A stretch of 64,000 bases of DNA from the human T2T-CHM13v2.0 reference genome, Homo sapiens: NCBI RefSeq assembly GCF_009914755.1, contig NC_060925.1; one strand, 5' to 3'. The notes beneath the pieces are model-generated. The model was not told the DNA's origin, did not search any database, and saw nothing but the letters and a program-made list of their open reading frames with translations. Of the stretch, positions 1 through 10,678 are shown one piece after another. The first letter of the stretch is position 1, and every line of letters begins with the position of its first letter. Both the position numbers and the translations under genes were made by a program.

Positions 1-225
1 ATCCTGCCTCTTTCTGACTTCACTTCCTGAATGTGCTGACAGGCCTCTGAGCCAAGCCAAACAGGTTCACAATGCAGTGCCTGCAGAGTATTCCCCCGTG
101 AGTGCAGCTGGGGAAACAAAACTTTTCTCCAGCCCACAGAGAGGACCTGCCAGCCCTTATATGACCAAGAAGTAGGCCCTGTGAGACCTCGTTGAATCTT
201 AATGGGAAATGTTTTTATTTCAGCT

Positions 226-257
226 GTGTGTGTGTGTGTGTGTATGTGTGTGTGTGT
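226..257. repeat. (TG)n microsatellite
   Basis: Direct reading. Confidence 0.95.
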
Positions 258-1069
258 ATTCCTGATTGTATTCCTGATTTTTTTTTCTTAAATTAACAAG
301 TCGACAGTAAAAACTAGCTAATTATTCTGTGCCTGCTGTATATAAGTGCTTTAGATGTATGTTCCTCCCAACAACCTTCTGTGGCAGCCATGATTGGCCT
401 CATTTTTGCAAAGAAAGAAATTGAGGATTAGCAATCAATGGTAAGGGACTGGCTCCATGCTCCCCAGCTACAAGTGGCAGAGGCTAGATTTAACGCAGGG
501 GCACTTCACTCCAAAATCTGCATGCCTCTGAGTCATAATACCTCAATTCTCTCCCCTAACTCATAATACCTCAATTCCTGATGTGTTTGTTCAGAAGTGC
601 AGTGAGGAACAGTGGGAAGGGCAGAGGCTCTAGTGTCTTTCTAGCTCTGAAGTTTGGCAAGATAGTTTTTTTCTCTAAATCTCAGTTCCTCATATACAAA
701 ATGAAATAACAGTGCCTGTGTGGCAGAGAAGTTGCAGAGTTCAATGAGATAGAAATTTACATGGCAGTACTATTCAAGAGCAAGGTCCTGTGTGGACAAA
801 GCCAGTTCTTTGGAGTCAGGAAGAGTTGGATTCAGCTTGAGCTTCTACAAGTCACTTATTTCCTAAAGTTGAACAAGACCTGATGCTCCATTTCCCCTTA
901 ACACCAACCCTGGAAGTCCTAACACAATGCCTGCTACATAGGAGACATGTAGCAAATGGTATCTATTATAAATATTATATACGTGTCGGTTTTTATTATG
1001 CTTGTAGCAAGCATTATTGGTTCCTACCAGAGGATATCGTTCCTACTGTTGGTTCCTACTAGAGTTAGA

Positions 1070-1420
1070 ATATACTAGGTAATGCTATAAGAACAAGCAA
1101 CCCTCAAATTCAGTGCCTTAAAGCAACAAATTCTTGGGGGATTTTGCTCATGCTAAATGGTCACTGTGGGTATGCTGGTGGTCAGGAGTTGTGGGAGAGG
1201 AGAGTGGACTCTGTCCACATCACTATCGTTTAAGGACACAGGCTGATGGACATTGCATTCCTGTGTGTCCACAGTTGCCAAGGCAAAGAAAAGGGAAGAT
1301 GTTGAATCTTGTAGTTGCTCTCAAGGCGTCCTATCTTGGTGTGATATGTCACCATTGTTTGCATTTCATTGGCTGATGCAAGTCAGAAGTCCTCTCGCTT
1401 AAGTTCAAGGAGGTAGGAGA
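1070..1420 (-). mobile_element. Old MLT1-type (ERVL-MaLR) LTR fragment
   Basis: ctaggtaatgct...aaccctcaaattcagtgccttaa...catttcattggc motifs. Confidence 0.55.
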
Positions 1421-2934
1421 TGGCAAAGTACAAGCAATCATGGTGGGTTCATTTCCTAGTCATGAATGATTTTGAGTCTAGGAATATGACCTGCTCCTGT
1501 CCAATGGGACAAAAGGGCAAGTCTACTGGGGTGGAGGTGGGGAGCCGCTAGGAAAGTTTCTCTTGTTAATAAAAACAGAAAGATGATAGTAAACATTCCT
1601 GCATTGCTGGTGACTATTGTGTTGACTTATGATGCCGGAAATGCTGCAGGTATCTTGAGTGCTCACAAGAAACTTCCTTGACACACTGAGAATGGTGAAA
1701 TGAAAAGATAGGAGGCACCTGAACCCGTGATTATGTCATTAAGCCACTACATTAGCCACTCGTGGACTTGTTTCATAGCTGGTCTTCTGGTTTACGTTGC
1801 ATGTTCTGTTGCTGGCCCCTGCACACATCTTAACTGGTAGAATGGTCAATAATAGAACAATTCAGATGCCTGCCCATTTTTCTCCAGGATAACATAATAT
1901 CAGGAAAAGTTTCCCCCTTCAAGCATGAACCTAAGATCAATCAATACACCCTGGAAGAGATTAGTCATCAGCCCAAGGTGATGAATGTACAATCCTCAGG
2001 ATATTTGGGAAATATTCAAATTCTGTCCAGGGGACCAGTGAGTACCTACAACCTAAGAAGGCAATAACTGTATTGGTCATCTGGTAACACAATTGTTTGA
2101 AGCAATAATGAGGCAATCATCAAACAATGTTTTTTAGTGATGTACATGAAAGAAGTTTGTATAGCAAGAAACTCTCAGGGCTTCTCAGCACAGAAGTGTT
2201 CGTTCTCTCCAGAGAGGGGGAGTTTGCAGAGAGGCAAGGAGAGTTCATTAGACATTGCTGCGGCATGGACAAAATATCCCAGGAGACTATCTGATTACCT
2301 TTGCTCAGATGCTGTGCACATCAAAGAACCTTCTGATAACTAATTCAGTCCTCAGGGTCCTTGATGTAGACGTAGGGGTGTGCACTGAGTAAGAGACCCA
2401 AGGTCACCAGGATTTCTGTTTCTTGGAACAATATAGGTGAAAAATATGGTTCTTGATGCCTGGGGACCAAATTGTGCCCCACCAGTTACTGGAGCCATGG
2501 CCTCAACAAAAGCACTTAAAACTCACTGGGAGCCTCAGCTTCTGCTCCCATGAAACATGACTACTATCAATGGGCATCCCGAGAACAGTGGTGAAAATAA
2601 CATGAGACAGAAGAGGCAAAAGAGCTTTGGAAACTACAAGAGTATGGATGGGTGAGTACAAATGTCATTGCTCATCACTCTTTCTTTTGCTTAGTATGCT
2701 CCAGGGATTCAGGCCTTCTCATAACTACTAGGGTGCACCAGAGTCTTTCCCAGGCTCTCCTTCATGCTGATTCTTCACCTGGGATGTCTCACTCCTATTC
2801 CTCTGCTCTTCACATGGGGAACTCTTAGTCTAAGATTTCTCAGCTCAAGTAGTTCTCCAGAAATACTTTGTTGCCAACCCAATTTAGATCTTCTCTTTAT
2901 TAGTGCCCAGTTCTTTTTCTTCATTGCACTTTAA

Positions 2935-3295
<361 letters not shown>

Positions 3296-6200
3296 TTGTG
3301 TGTTTATTTACTGTTCCTTTTAGCTAGATGAGAAACTCCATGAGGGAAGGCATCCTGTTGCTTTCACTCTTCTGTGTTCCTGGTTTCTGGCACAAAATAG
3401 GATTTCAATATTACTTGTGGTAGAAAATGAGTGCTATGGGAATGTAAAATGTTATTATCAGTTCCCTCAACATAATTTGTTTATACATCAAAGAGTTTAT
3501 AAAGTTTGGGTCAACTAGCCTCATTGAGCTTAATCAATTCTAGGTGACCAGATAAAGTCAGGTTTGGTCTTGCAGCAGTGAAGACCAGTTCTGTGCTATA
3601 ACCCTGGAAGGCCTGGCCTACACGGGTGCAGGTCTGTTTCATTCACATCTGTTTATTTGAGCTTCCTGACTCTGAACAGGTGGGCTCTAGACCATTTTGT
3701 GAGAAGATTTTCTTTCAGGTATCAAATGGACCCAATGGAGAGGAAAATGTAAGCATGGAGCAGGTAGCATAAGAGGAAAGCAAACCTCCTGGTATCCCTC
3801 TTTAGGCCTAACTCATCAGAAAGTTACATAAGAAGAAAGGTGGCATGATGTAGCCTGGACCAAGCCATCTTCTTCCCATTTGTCCCCCAACTGTAAGACT
3901 ACTTTAAATACCACAGGCATTCTAAATAAAACTGAAAACCTATCTTTGGTATTTCACCCCTTACCTAGCTTCTTCTTCACCAATCCATCCTCCAAACTGT
4001 TGCCAGCATGAATCATTCTTAAGCTGAGGGTATTATGTCCCCACTCTGTTTCAAATTCACCTGCTTTCTCCGTCACCTATAGGATAACATGGAATGGATA
4101 TTAAATCTCAACCCAAGCCTTCAACTTCCCTGCCTCTTCTCCCTTCAGTTTTCTTCTCGTATCTTTCTTCCGAGCTTCTCTAAGCAGCCTTCAGGTCCCT
4201 AAACACAAGACGTTTTCTCATACTTCTCTGCCTTTGCATGCACGTTTCTTTCCAATCTTTTCTGCCTGGTAAGGCCCACTGGATCAGCTCAAATGTCACC
4301 TCTCCCATAAAGCATTTTCTAATAATGTCTCCTTCTGCTCCCATCTGGCACCTTTTTCTTATAGCATATATCTTGTGCCTTTAGAATAGTTTCTATTTCA
4401 TCTCCACATTCCACTCTACCAGAATGTGAGTTCCTTGAGAATAGGGATTATATTTTGCTCATCATTGAATCCCCACAGACAAGCAGAGGGCCTCAAAGAG
4501 ACTCAGGACCAGAGGAATGCCCTGCTTTATGATGTTCAAAAGTCCAAAACCAAACAACTCAAGTTAGGTTCCAGAGTTAGGAAAGAATAGTTTTACATTC
4601 TGGGGCCATCCCAGCTGCTAACCCTCTTCCCCTCTTCTATGAGATCCTACTTGACCACCATAGAGGTGGGTGGAGGAGGCAAGGGACAATCAAACCAGAA
4701 GTCATGGCCTCTTTCCTTGGTTCATGAATGCACTTCTCTAGTAATGAAATGACATGGAGGAATAGATGGATTAGCATGATTCCTGTCTCAGCAAGCAAAC
4801 ATTGGGTACTAACTTCTGGACCCCTGAAATATGTCTAATTTTACTAACAGAAAGTCCCCTCTCTCATTACCAATAAAGCTGGTTGTTTTAAATGAAGACA
4901 CATCTGGAACTGTTTTTGTGCCTGCCCAAGGACACACATAGGCTCCATTTCCACCTTCAAAACTAATGTTTCAGGCAGACCCATTTAATGTAAGAAGATG
5001 CTCACCTGCATTAGTGGAGGCAGGAAGGGACACTGTGTGTGGCTGGATGTATGAATGTGCTAACAGCTTAATTCTTTTAAGAACACTCACTAAGTACTGG
5101 GCTTTAGAACTTGAGGGTTGGCCAGGTTGACTTTGAGGGTTGATCCATCACGAGTTATGCACCTGGAAATGAATGAAGTATATTTACTAGAAGAAACTAA
5201 GACTTGGAATTATGTTGGAGGAGGGTTTGAGCTCACTTGTTCGTTCAGTCATCAAACATTTATTTTATGAACATCTACTATATGCCAGGCGCTACATTAA
5301 AAGTTTGGGAGTCCATTGATGAAGAAGATAGGGTTCTGACCAGGAGACACAGAGGTTCATAATACATTTTTGTATGTGCTATCATAGGATTTTTGATAAA
5401 ATGTTATCATGCTCATTAGGGAATTATTCATTCCTTTTGAAGATGGAGTTACTAAGGGAAGCTTTACAGAGAAGGTGTCACTTACGCCAAGACTTGAAGA
5501 ATGGGTAGGATTTATCAGTTGAACTAGAAGGAAAGGTATTCCAGGCAAATACATGCAAGCAGAAACATGAAGGGGTGAAAGAGCATGGGATTTAGATCCA
5601 TACAATGATATGTTTCTGATAGTGGGCATGTAGCTGGTCAGTTCATGGTTTATTAACCCTTTTTTTTGAGTCATGGAACTCTGGGAGGGTCAAATAAAAG
5701 CAAAAATTTCTCTCCTCAGAAGAGTGTGTACAGACACACAAACACAACTTTCTGGGCATTTTCACTGAGTTCATGAACCCTCTGTCTTGATAGACAGAGA
5801 GGGTTAAATGTCCTTGATTGAATTATTTTATATATGTAACATATATATATGTGTAAAAAAAATTAAGAGGATTAATGACGATGTGTCACCAGCTTCATCT
5901 TCTCCAACTATTAGTGTTACCTTAATTCAAAGATTAACTCATTGAAGGCCCATAATAAGCTTAACCATTAAGTGTTTATAAGCAGTTAATCTTTTGTCTC
6001 CAAAATTTACCAGAGATCATGGGTTAATTTCCTCTACCACAATTACTTTTTTCTACCCCTTTTGGTTAGAATGGTTAGAATTTCAAGAATATACATTTAG
6101 AATGTTAATTGAAACAATCAAGCATGGGGATAGGCCTGAGTTTCAGACTTTTTTTTTTTTTAACACTGAAATCTAAAGCAAACTGGGGAGTGGTGTGGCT

Positions 6201-7251
6201 TTTCTGTGCTGTACTGTTGTCTGGGCTTAGTCTACCTTTGCAGGTAATTAATTCCCCAGCCTGCTTATTTTTTCTAGTTGGCTCTTGTTTAGCTTCCACA
6301 GAGCCCCACCCCAAAATGCTTTATTGTCCCTCTGCTATTTCTACATATGGTCAAAATCATCTCACCTTCCGGGTTGCTGACATCGGCAAATTCAGTTTGG
6401 CAAACTGGGCTCTGCTCCCAGTAACCCTTTGTTCAAGAAGTGTTATTACAAAGGATCCGAAGCTAACAAGCCTGTCCAATCTCTTCCACTCCTAGATATA
6501 CTCCTAAGGAGAAACTCTTTGTGTATTTGGATTTACAGCCACAGGCAGGATATTAGCACTCCCAGACCTACTGGGTACTAGAACACTGCTAATGAGCAAA
6601 CAGCCCTGACTCAATTAGTGGTTTGTGAAATATTCCTGGATATCAAATTGCTTTTGCTGCCTGATAATCACACTGGCTCTTGGTATGAAAAGCAACCAAG
6701 CAAAAAATTGTTCCCTTGTTAAGCACTGCCTTGTTGATCTCCTAAGTTATATCTGTAGGCAGAATTCAAGTTTCCCATTTCCCCAGAGCTGAGGTTTGAT
6801 TTACGCATGTAATCATTGAGTTAGTACTAGTTCATGTTTTCTCTTGTGAATCTTTTCCATAGTATTAGATTACTATCTTTTGAGACTGATTCTATATTTA
6901 AACAAGGTTGATTATTTTAGAAACAAATTAAGAAATAAGCTACAGACAGACCCAAAATGCTAAACTGTTAGTTTCCATAGGCATAGGGGTTTATTTGGGG
7001 GTGAGGTAGTAGAGAGAGAGATAGAGATGGAGAAAGAGGGAAAGAATTAATGAAATTGGGAGACTGTTTCATTCAGATCACAACTTCTAGTTTGACTCTT
7101 CCTAAATTCTTTGCTTCTTAATTTTCAAATCACTTCAGATTGCAGCAATGTTAACCTCAGCAACTAAAAATAAAAACTTCAGTATATAACTTGGGAAGAA
7201 AAAAGTAGTAAAGGGAAGCAATTCAAGATCTGTTATTGGTATTTGAATACA

Positions 7252-7257
7252 TTTATT
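7252..7257 (-). terminator. JUN: Distal polyadenylation signal AATAAA of JUN
   Basis: tttatt on plus, with U-rich downstream element on minus around 7195-7210. Predicted cleavage ~7236. Confidence 0.85.
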
Positions 7258-7619
7258 GTGACAAGAATGCTGTTATAAATATTCATAAGCAAAGGCCATC
7301 TTTTTATCTAGGAATTGTCAAAGAGAAGATTCCAAATTGGAAGGATACATCTTTTGTAAAATCTGCCACCAATTCCTGCTTTGAGAATAAGCACCTATTG
7401 TAAAATTTCTACTAACATTATAAATGGTCACAGCACATGCCACTTGATACAATCCAAACTTTGAAATGTTTGACTTCTCAGTGGGCTGTCCCTCTCCACT
7501 GCAACCCCCCTTCCTCCAGCCTCCTGAAACATCGCACTATCCTTTGGTAAGCAATTCCATATAGATAGCTGGGGGAGGAGGAGTATAACCTGACCATAGC
7601 ATCAGGTACATCAGGTACA

Positions 7620-7959
7620 TTTATTTCTAAAGTCTAATAGAGAACAGTTTTTACTGCTTAATAGTAAGAAGCACTGAGAGTGATTTTAATCGACATTCTT
7701 AACTCTTTCAACTCCACCTAGATAGCTAGTATCTACAGATGATGCAGAAAAGAGGTTAGGGGAGTACTTTCCAATAGTTTATTGTATTTTCTTAAATATC
7801 CTTTCTGGAATTTTCAGAAACAAAACATAAAAAAATTATATACTTTATTACAAATGGTAAACTCAGAGTGCTCCAAATCTCTTATTTACAAACAACACTG
7901 GGCAGGATACCCAAACAAACAAACAAGAAATAACTTACAAAGGCATGAAGCTGTTTATT
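7620..7959 (-). terminator. JUN: Cluster of proximal AATAAA signals (alternative polyadenylation candidates)
   Basis: tttatt at 7620, 7778, 7844 and 7954. JUN is known to produce a shorter and a longer mRNA. Confidence 0.6.
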
Positions 7960-8519
7960 GACAGTAATCAGCTTTCATCAAATTAAAAAATATATATATG
8001 TACATACACAGTTAACGAAGGCAGGCCAGAAAGAGTTCATCTGTAGGCTCAGCCTCGCTCTCACAAACCTCCCTCCTGCCGCCCCTCCCCAACCCTCCCC
8101 CCGCTTTGTGTTCTTAAGGAGTACTACAGAAGCAATCTACAGTCTCTATTGCAGTTTGTAACCCCCTCCCCCTCCCCCCTTTAATACTGAATGAGATCGA
8201 ATGTTAGGTCCATGCAGTTCTTGGTCAATGTTAACGAAAAGTCCAACGTTCCGTTCGCGCGGGGACAGCCCGTCCGCAAAGCGGGGCAGCCCGCAGGCGG
8301 CCGCTCCCTGGCTCCACGCCAAGGGAGGGCGCGCCAAGTCCTTCCCACTCGTGCACACTGGGGGCGCCGTCAGGACGCAACCCAGTCCAACTTGGATACC
8401 CTTGGCTTTAGTTCTCGGACACTTCTTTTTTCTCTCCGTCGCAACTTGTCAAGTTCTCAAGTCTGTCTCTCTGTGTTATTTTTTTTCTTCGTTGCCCCTC
8501 AGCCCCCGACGGTCTCTCT

Positions 8520-9515
8520 TCAAAATGTTTGCAACTGCTGCGTTAGCATGAGTTGGCACCCACTGTTAACGTGGTTCATGACTTTCTGTTTAAGCTGTGC
8601 CACCTGTTCCCTGAGCATGTTGGCCGTGGACGCCAGCTCCGAGTTCTGAGCTTTCAAGGTTTTCACTTTTTCCTCCAGCCGGGCGATTCTCTCCAGCTTC
8701 CTTTTTCGGCACTTGGAGGCAGCGATGCGGTTCCTCATGCGCTTCCTCTCCGCCTTGATCCGCTCCTGGGACTCCATGTCGATGGGGGACAGGGGCGGTG
8801 TCTCGCCGGGCATCTCGGGCACTGTCTGAGGCTCCTCCTTCAGGGCCTGCAGCCGCGGGTGCTGCACGGGCATCTGCTGGGGCAGGTGGTGCGGCGGCTG
8901 CTGCTGCTGCTGGGGTTGCGCGGGAAAGGCCAGGCCGGCCGCGCCGTAGGAGGGCGCCCCGCCGCCGCTGCTCAGCGCGCCTGGGTTGAAGTTGCTGAGG
9001 TTTGCGTAGACCGGCGGCTCGCTGTGCAGGCTGGCGCTGAAGCCGCCGCTGCCGCTGCCCCCTGCCACCGAGGCTACCGCGGGAGCCACCATGCCTGCCC
9101 CGTTGACCGGCTGCGCCGCCGACGTGACGCTGGGCAGCGTGTTCTGGCTGTGCAGTTCGGCCAGGGCGCGCACGAAGCCCTCGGCGAAGCCCTCCTGCTC
9201 ATCTGTCACGTTCTTGGGGCACAGGAACTGGGTGGGGGTCGGCGTGGTGGTGATGTGCCCGTTGCTGGACTGGATTATCAGGCGCTCCAGCTCGGGCGAC
9301 GCCAGCTTGAGCAGCCCCACGTCGGGCGAGGTGAGGAGGTCCGAGTTCTTGGCGCGGAGGTGCGGCTTCAGGCTCCCCACTGGGTCGGCCAGGTTCAGGG
9401 TCATGCTCTGTTTCAGGATCTTGGGGTTACTGTAGCCATAAGGTCCGCTCTCGGACGGGAGGAACGAGGCGTTGAGGGCATCGTCATAGAAGGTCGTTTC
9501 CATCTTTGCAGTCAT
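8520..9515 (-). CDS. JUN: Transcription factor c-Jun (AP-1 subunit), 331 aa, intronless
   Basis: ATG at 9513-9515 gives [12 protein letters not shown]...QQLQTF* (996 nt). Recognisable JNK-docking delta region, S63/S73 (LTSPD, LASPE), T91/T93, GETPPLSP degron, basic region with KCR and leucine zipper. The track's 389-aa ORF starts at an upstream GTG (9689). Confidence 0.99.
   Translation of the reverse strand: MTAKMETTFYDDALNASFLPSESGPYGYSNPKILKQSMTLNLADPVGSLKPHLRAKNSDLLTSPDVGLLKLASPELERLIIQSSNGHITTTPTPTQFLCPKNVTDEQEGFAEGFVRALAELHSQNTLPSVTSAAQPVNGAGMVAPAVASVAGGSGSGGFSASLHSEPPVYANLSNFNPGALSSGGGAPSYGAAGLAFPAQPQQQQQPPHHLPQQMPVQHPRLQALKEEPQTVPEMPGETPPLSPIDMESQERIKAERKRMRNRIAASKCRKRKLERIARLEEKVKTLKAQNSELASTANMLREQVAQLKQKVMNHVNSGCQLMLTQQLQTF
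8571..8762 (-). other. JUN: bZIP domain coding segment of c-Jun (about aa 252-315)
   Basis: [22 protein letters not shown] basic region followed by heptad leucines. Confidence 0.95.
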
Positions 9516-10492
9516 AGAACAGTCCGTCACTTCACGTGAGGTTAGTTTGGGCTGCGCGCACAAGTTTCGGGGCCGCAACAGGGCTCTGGCAAGCGGGGGA
9601 CACCCGCGCCCCCCGGAGCCTTTGACAGGGAAAGTTTCTCTAAGAGCGCACGCACCCGCTGGCTGTCGTCCCCGCTGCGCCCTCCTCACCAGCTCGCTCC
9701 AGGGAGCGCAGGGTTAATTAAGATGCCTCCCGCACTCTTACTTGTCGACTCGCGCGCGCTACCCGGCTTTGAAAAGTCGCGGTCACTCACTGAGCGCTCT
9801 TCGGGCGCAGCGGTTCCTCGGAGTCCGCAGGCGAACTCACTTCCCAGAGCAGCGGCTCTCCCCGCGGAGCGGATCAGTGCGGACCCTGCAGTGGCCGGCC
9901 GGCGGCGGGTCTTGGCCGCCCGGACTCCGACGACTTGTCCCCTCCTCCGCTGCTAGGGGGAGGGGGCGCCCGGCAGCCGCGGCTCGCGCTCGCCCAAGTT
10001 CAACAACCGGTGCGAGCGAAGCTGAGCGCACGTCCTTCTTCTCTTGCGTGGCTCTCCGCCGCCTTCTGGTCTTTACCGCCGTGGAGAAGCCTAAGACGCA
10101 GGAAAGGCTTGCAAAAGTTCGCTCCGGGACTCTGCCACTTGTCTCCGGTCCTCCCAGCCGGGAAAGTTCTTTGCTGCTGCAGCCGCTCGCCGACTTCCCC
10201 CGGCGGGCGCGTGGGTACCGCTGCTTTCCGCCGCTGTCAACAGCGCCTGGGCAGCAGGGCTCTCCTCCCGGGGGCGGCTGGAGACCAGGCTCTCTGGACA
10301 CTCCCGAAACACCAGCCCGGGAGCCACAGGCGCTAGCTCTGGGCAGTTAGAGAGAAGGTGAAAAGAAAATAAGATTTGCAGTTCGGACTATACTGCCGAC
10401 CTGGCTGGCTGGCTGTGTCTGTCTGTCTGCCTGACTCCGCGCACCTCCACTCCCGCCTCGCTGCTTCAGCCACACTCAGTGCAACTCTGAGC
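9516..10492 (-). other. JUN: JUN 5'UTR (977 nt, GC-rich, no AUG)
   Basis: Minus strand from 10492 reads GCTCAGAGTTGCACTGAG, the recognised JUN mRNA 5' end. Spacing to the jun1 and jun2 sites fits. No plus-strand CAT found between 9516 and 10492. Confidence 0.85.
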
Positions 10493-10522
10493 CCTTATCC
10501 AGCCCGAGCTCAACACTTATCT
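10492..10522 (-). promoter_or_regulatory. JUN: JUN core promoter with two TATA-like GATAAG boxes
   Basis: cttatc at 10494-10499 and 10516-10521. Confidence 0.6.
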
Positions 10523-10537
10523 GCTACCAGTCAACCC

Positions 10538-10547
10538 CTAAAAATAG
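10538..10547. promoter_or_regulatory. MEF2 site CTAAAAATAG
   Basis: Perfect YTAWWWWTAR at the known position of the JUN promoter MEF2 site. Confidence 0.92.
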
Positions 10548-10551
10548 CCCA

Positions 10552-10559
10552 TGATGTCA
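10552..10559 (-). promoter_or_regulatory. jun1 element TGACATCA (c-Jun/ATF2 site)
   Basis: tgatgtca on plus, adjacent to the MEF2 site. Confidence 0.92.
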
Positions 10560-10574
10560 CCCCAAGGCCTTCCC

Positions 10575-10610
10575 ATTGGCTCGCGTCGCTCTCAGGGGGG
10601 CGGGCCCGCC
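10575..10610. promoter_or_regulatory. CCAAT/CTF box and Sp1 GC boxes
   Basis: attgg at 10575-10579; GGGCGG at 10598-10603; CCGCCC at 10606-10611. Confidence 0.8.
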
Positions 10611-10619
10611 CGTCACCAT

Positions 10620-10628
10620 GGAGACTCC
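10620..10628 (-). promoter_or_regulatory. NF-jun element GGAGTCTCC
   Basis: ggagactcc on plus, lying between the Sp1 box and jun2 as in the described JUN promoter. Confidence 0.7.
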
Positions 10629-10670
10629 ACCCTAGAAGATTCTTCTCTGGGCCCGCGGAGGCTCACGGGA

Positions 10671-10678
10671 TGAGGTAA
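10671..10678 (-). promoter_or_regulatory. jun2 element TTACCTCA
   Basis: tgaggtaa on plus, about 190 bp upstream of the TSS. Confidence 0.88.

Larger units (their letters stand above)
7236..8519 (-). other. JUN: JUN 3'UTR (AU/U-rich, destabilising)
   Basis: Follows the stop codon. A-rich on plus (U-rich in mRNA). AUUUA pentamers near 7276, 7421 and 7793. Ends after the distal AATAAA. Confidence 0.85.

Noticed and set aside
1018-1064. Three spaced gttcctac repeats, and other short duplications at 5110, 7600 and 30597
   Set aside because: Too short and irregular for an array; consistent with slippage
8553-9539. 328-codon antisense ORF over the JUN CDS
   Set aside because: Codon-aligned shadow of a GC3-rich gene that lacks TTA/CTA/TCA codons here. 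It starts at TTG and has no internal Met.
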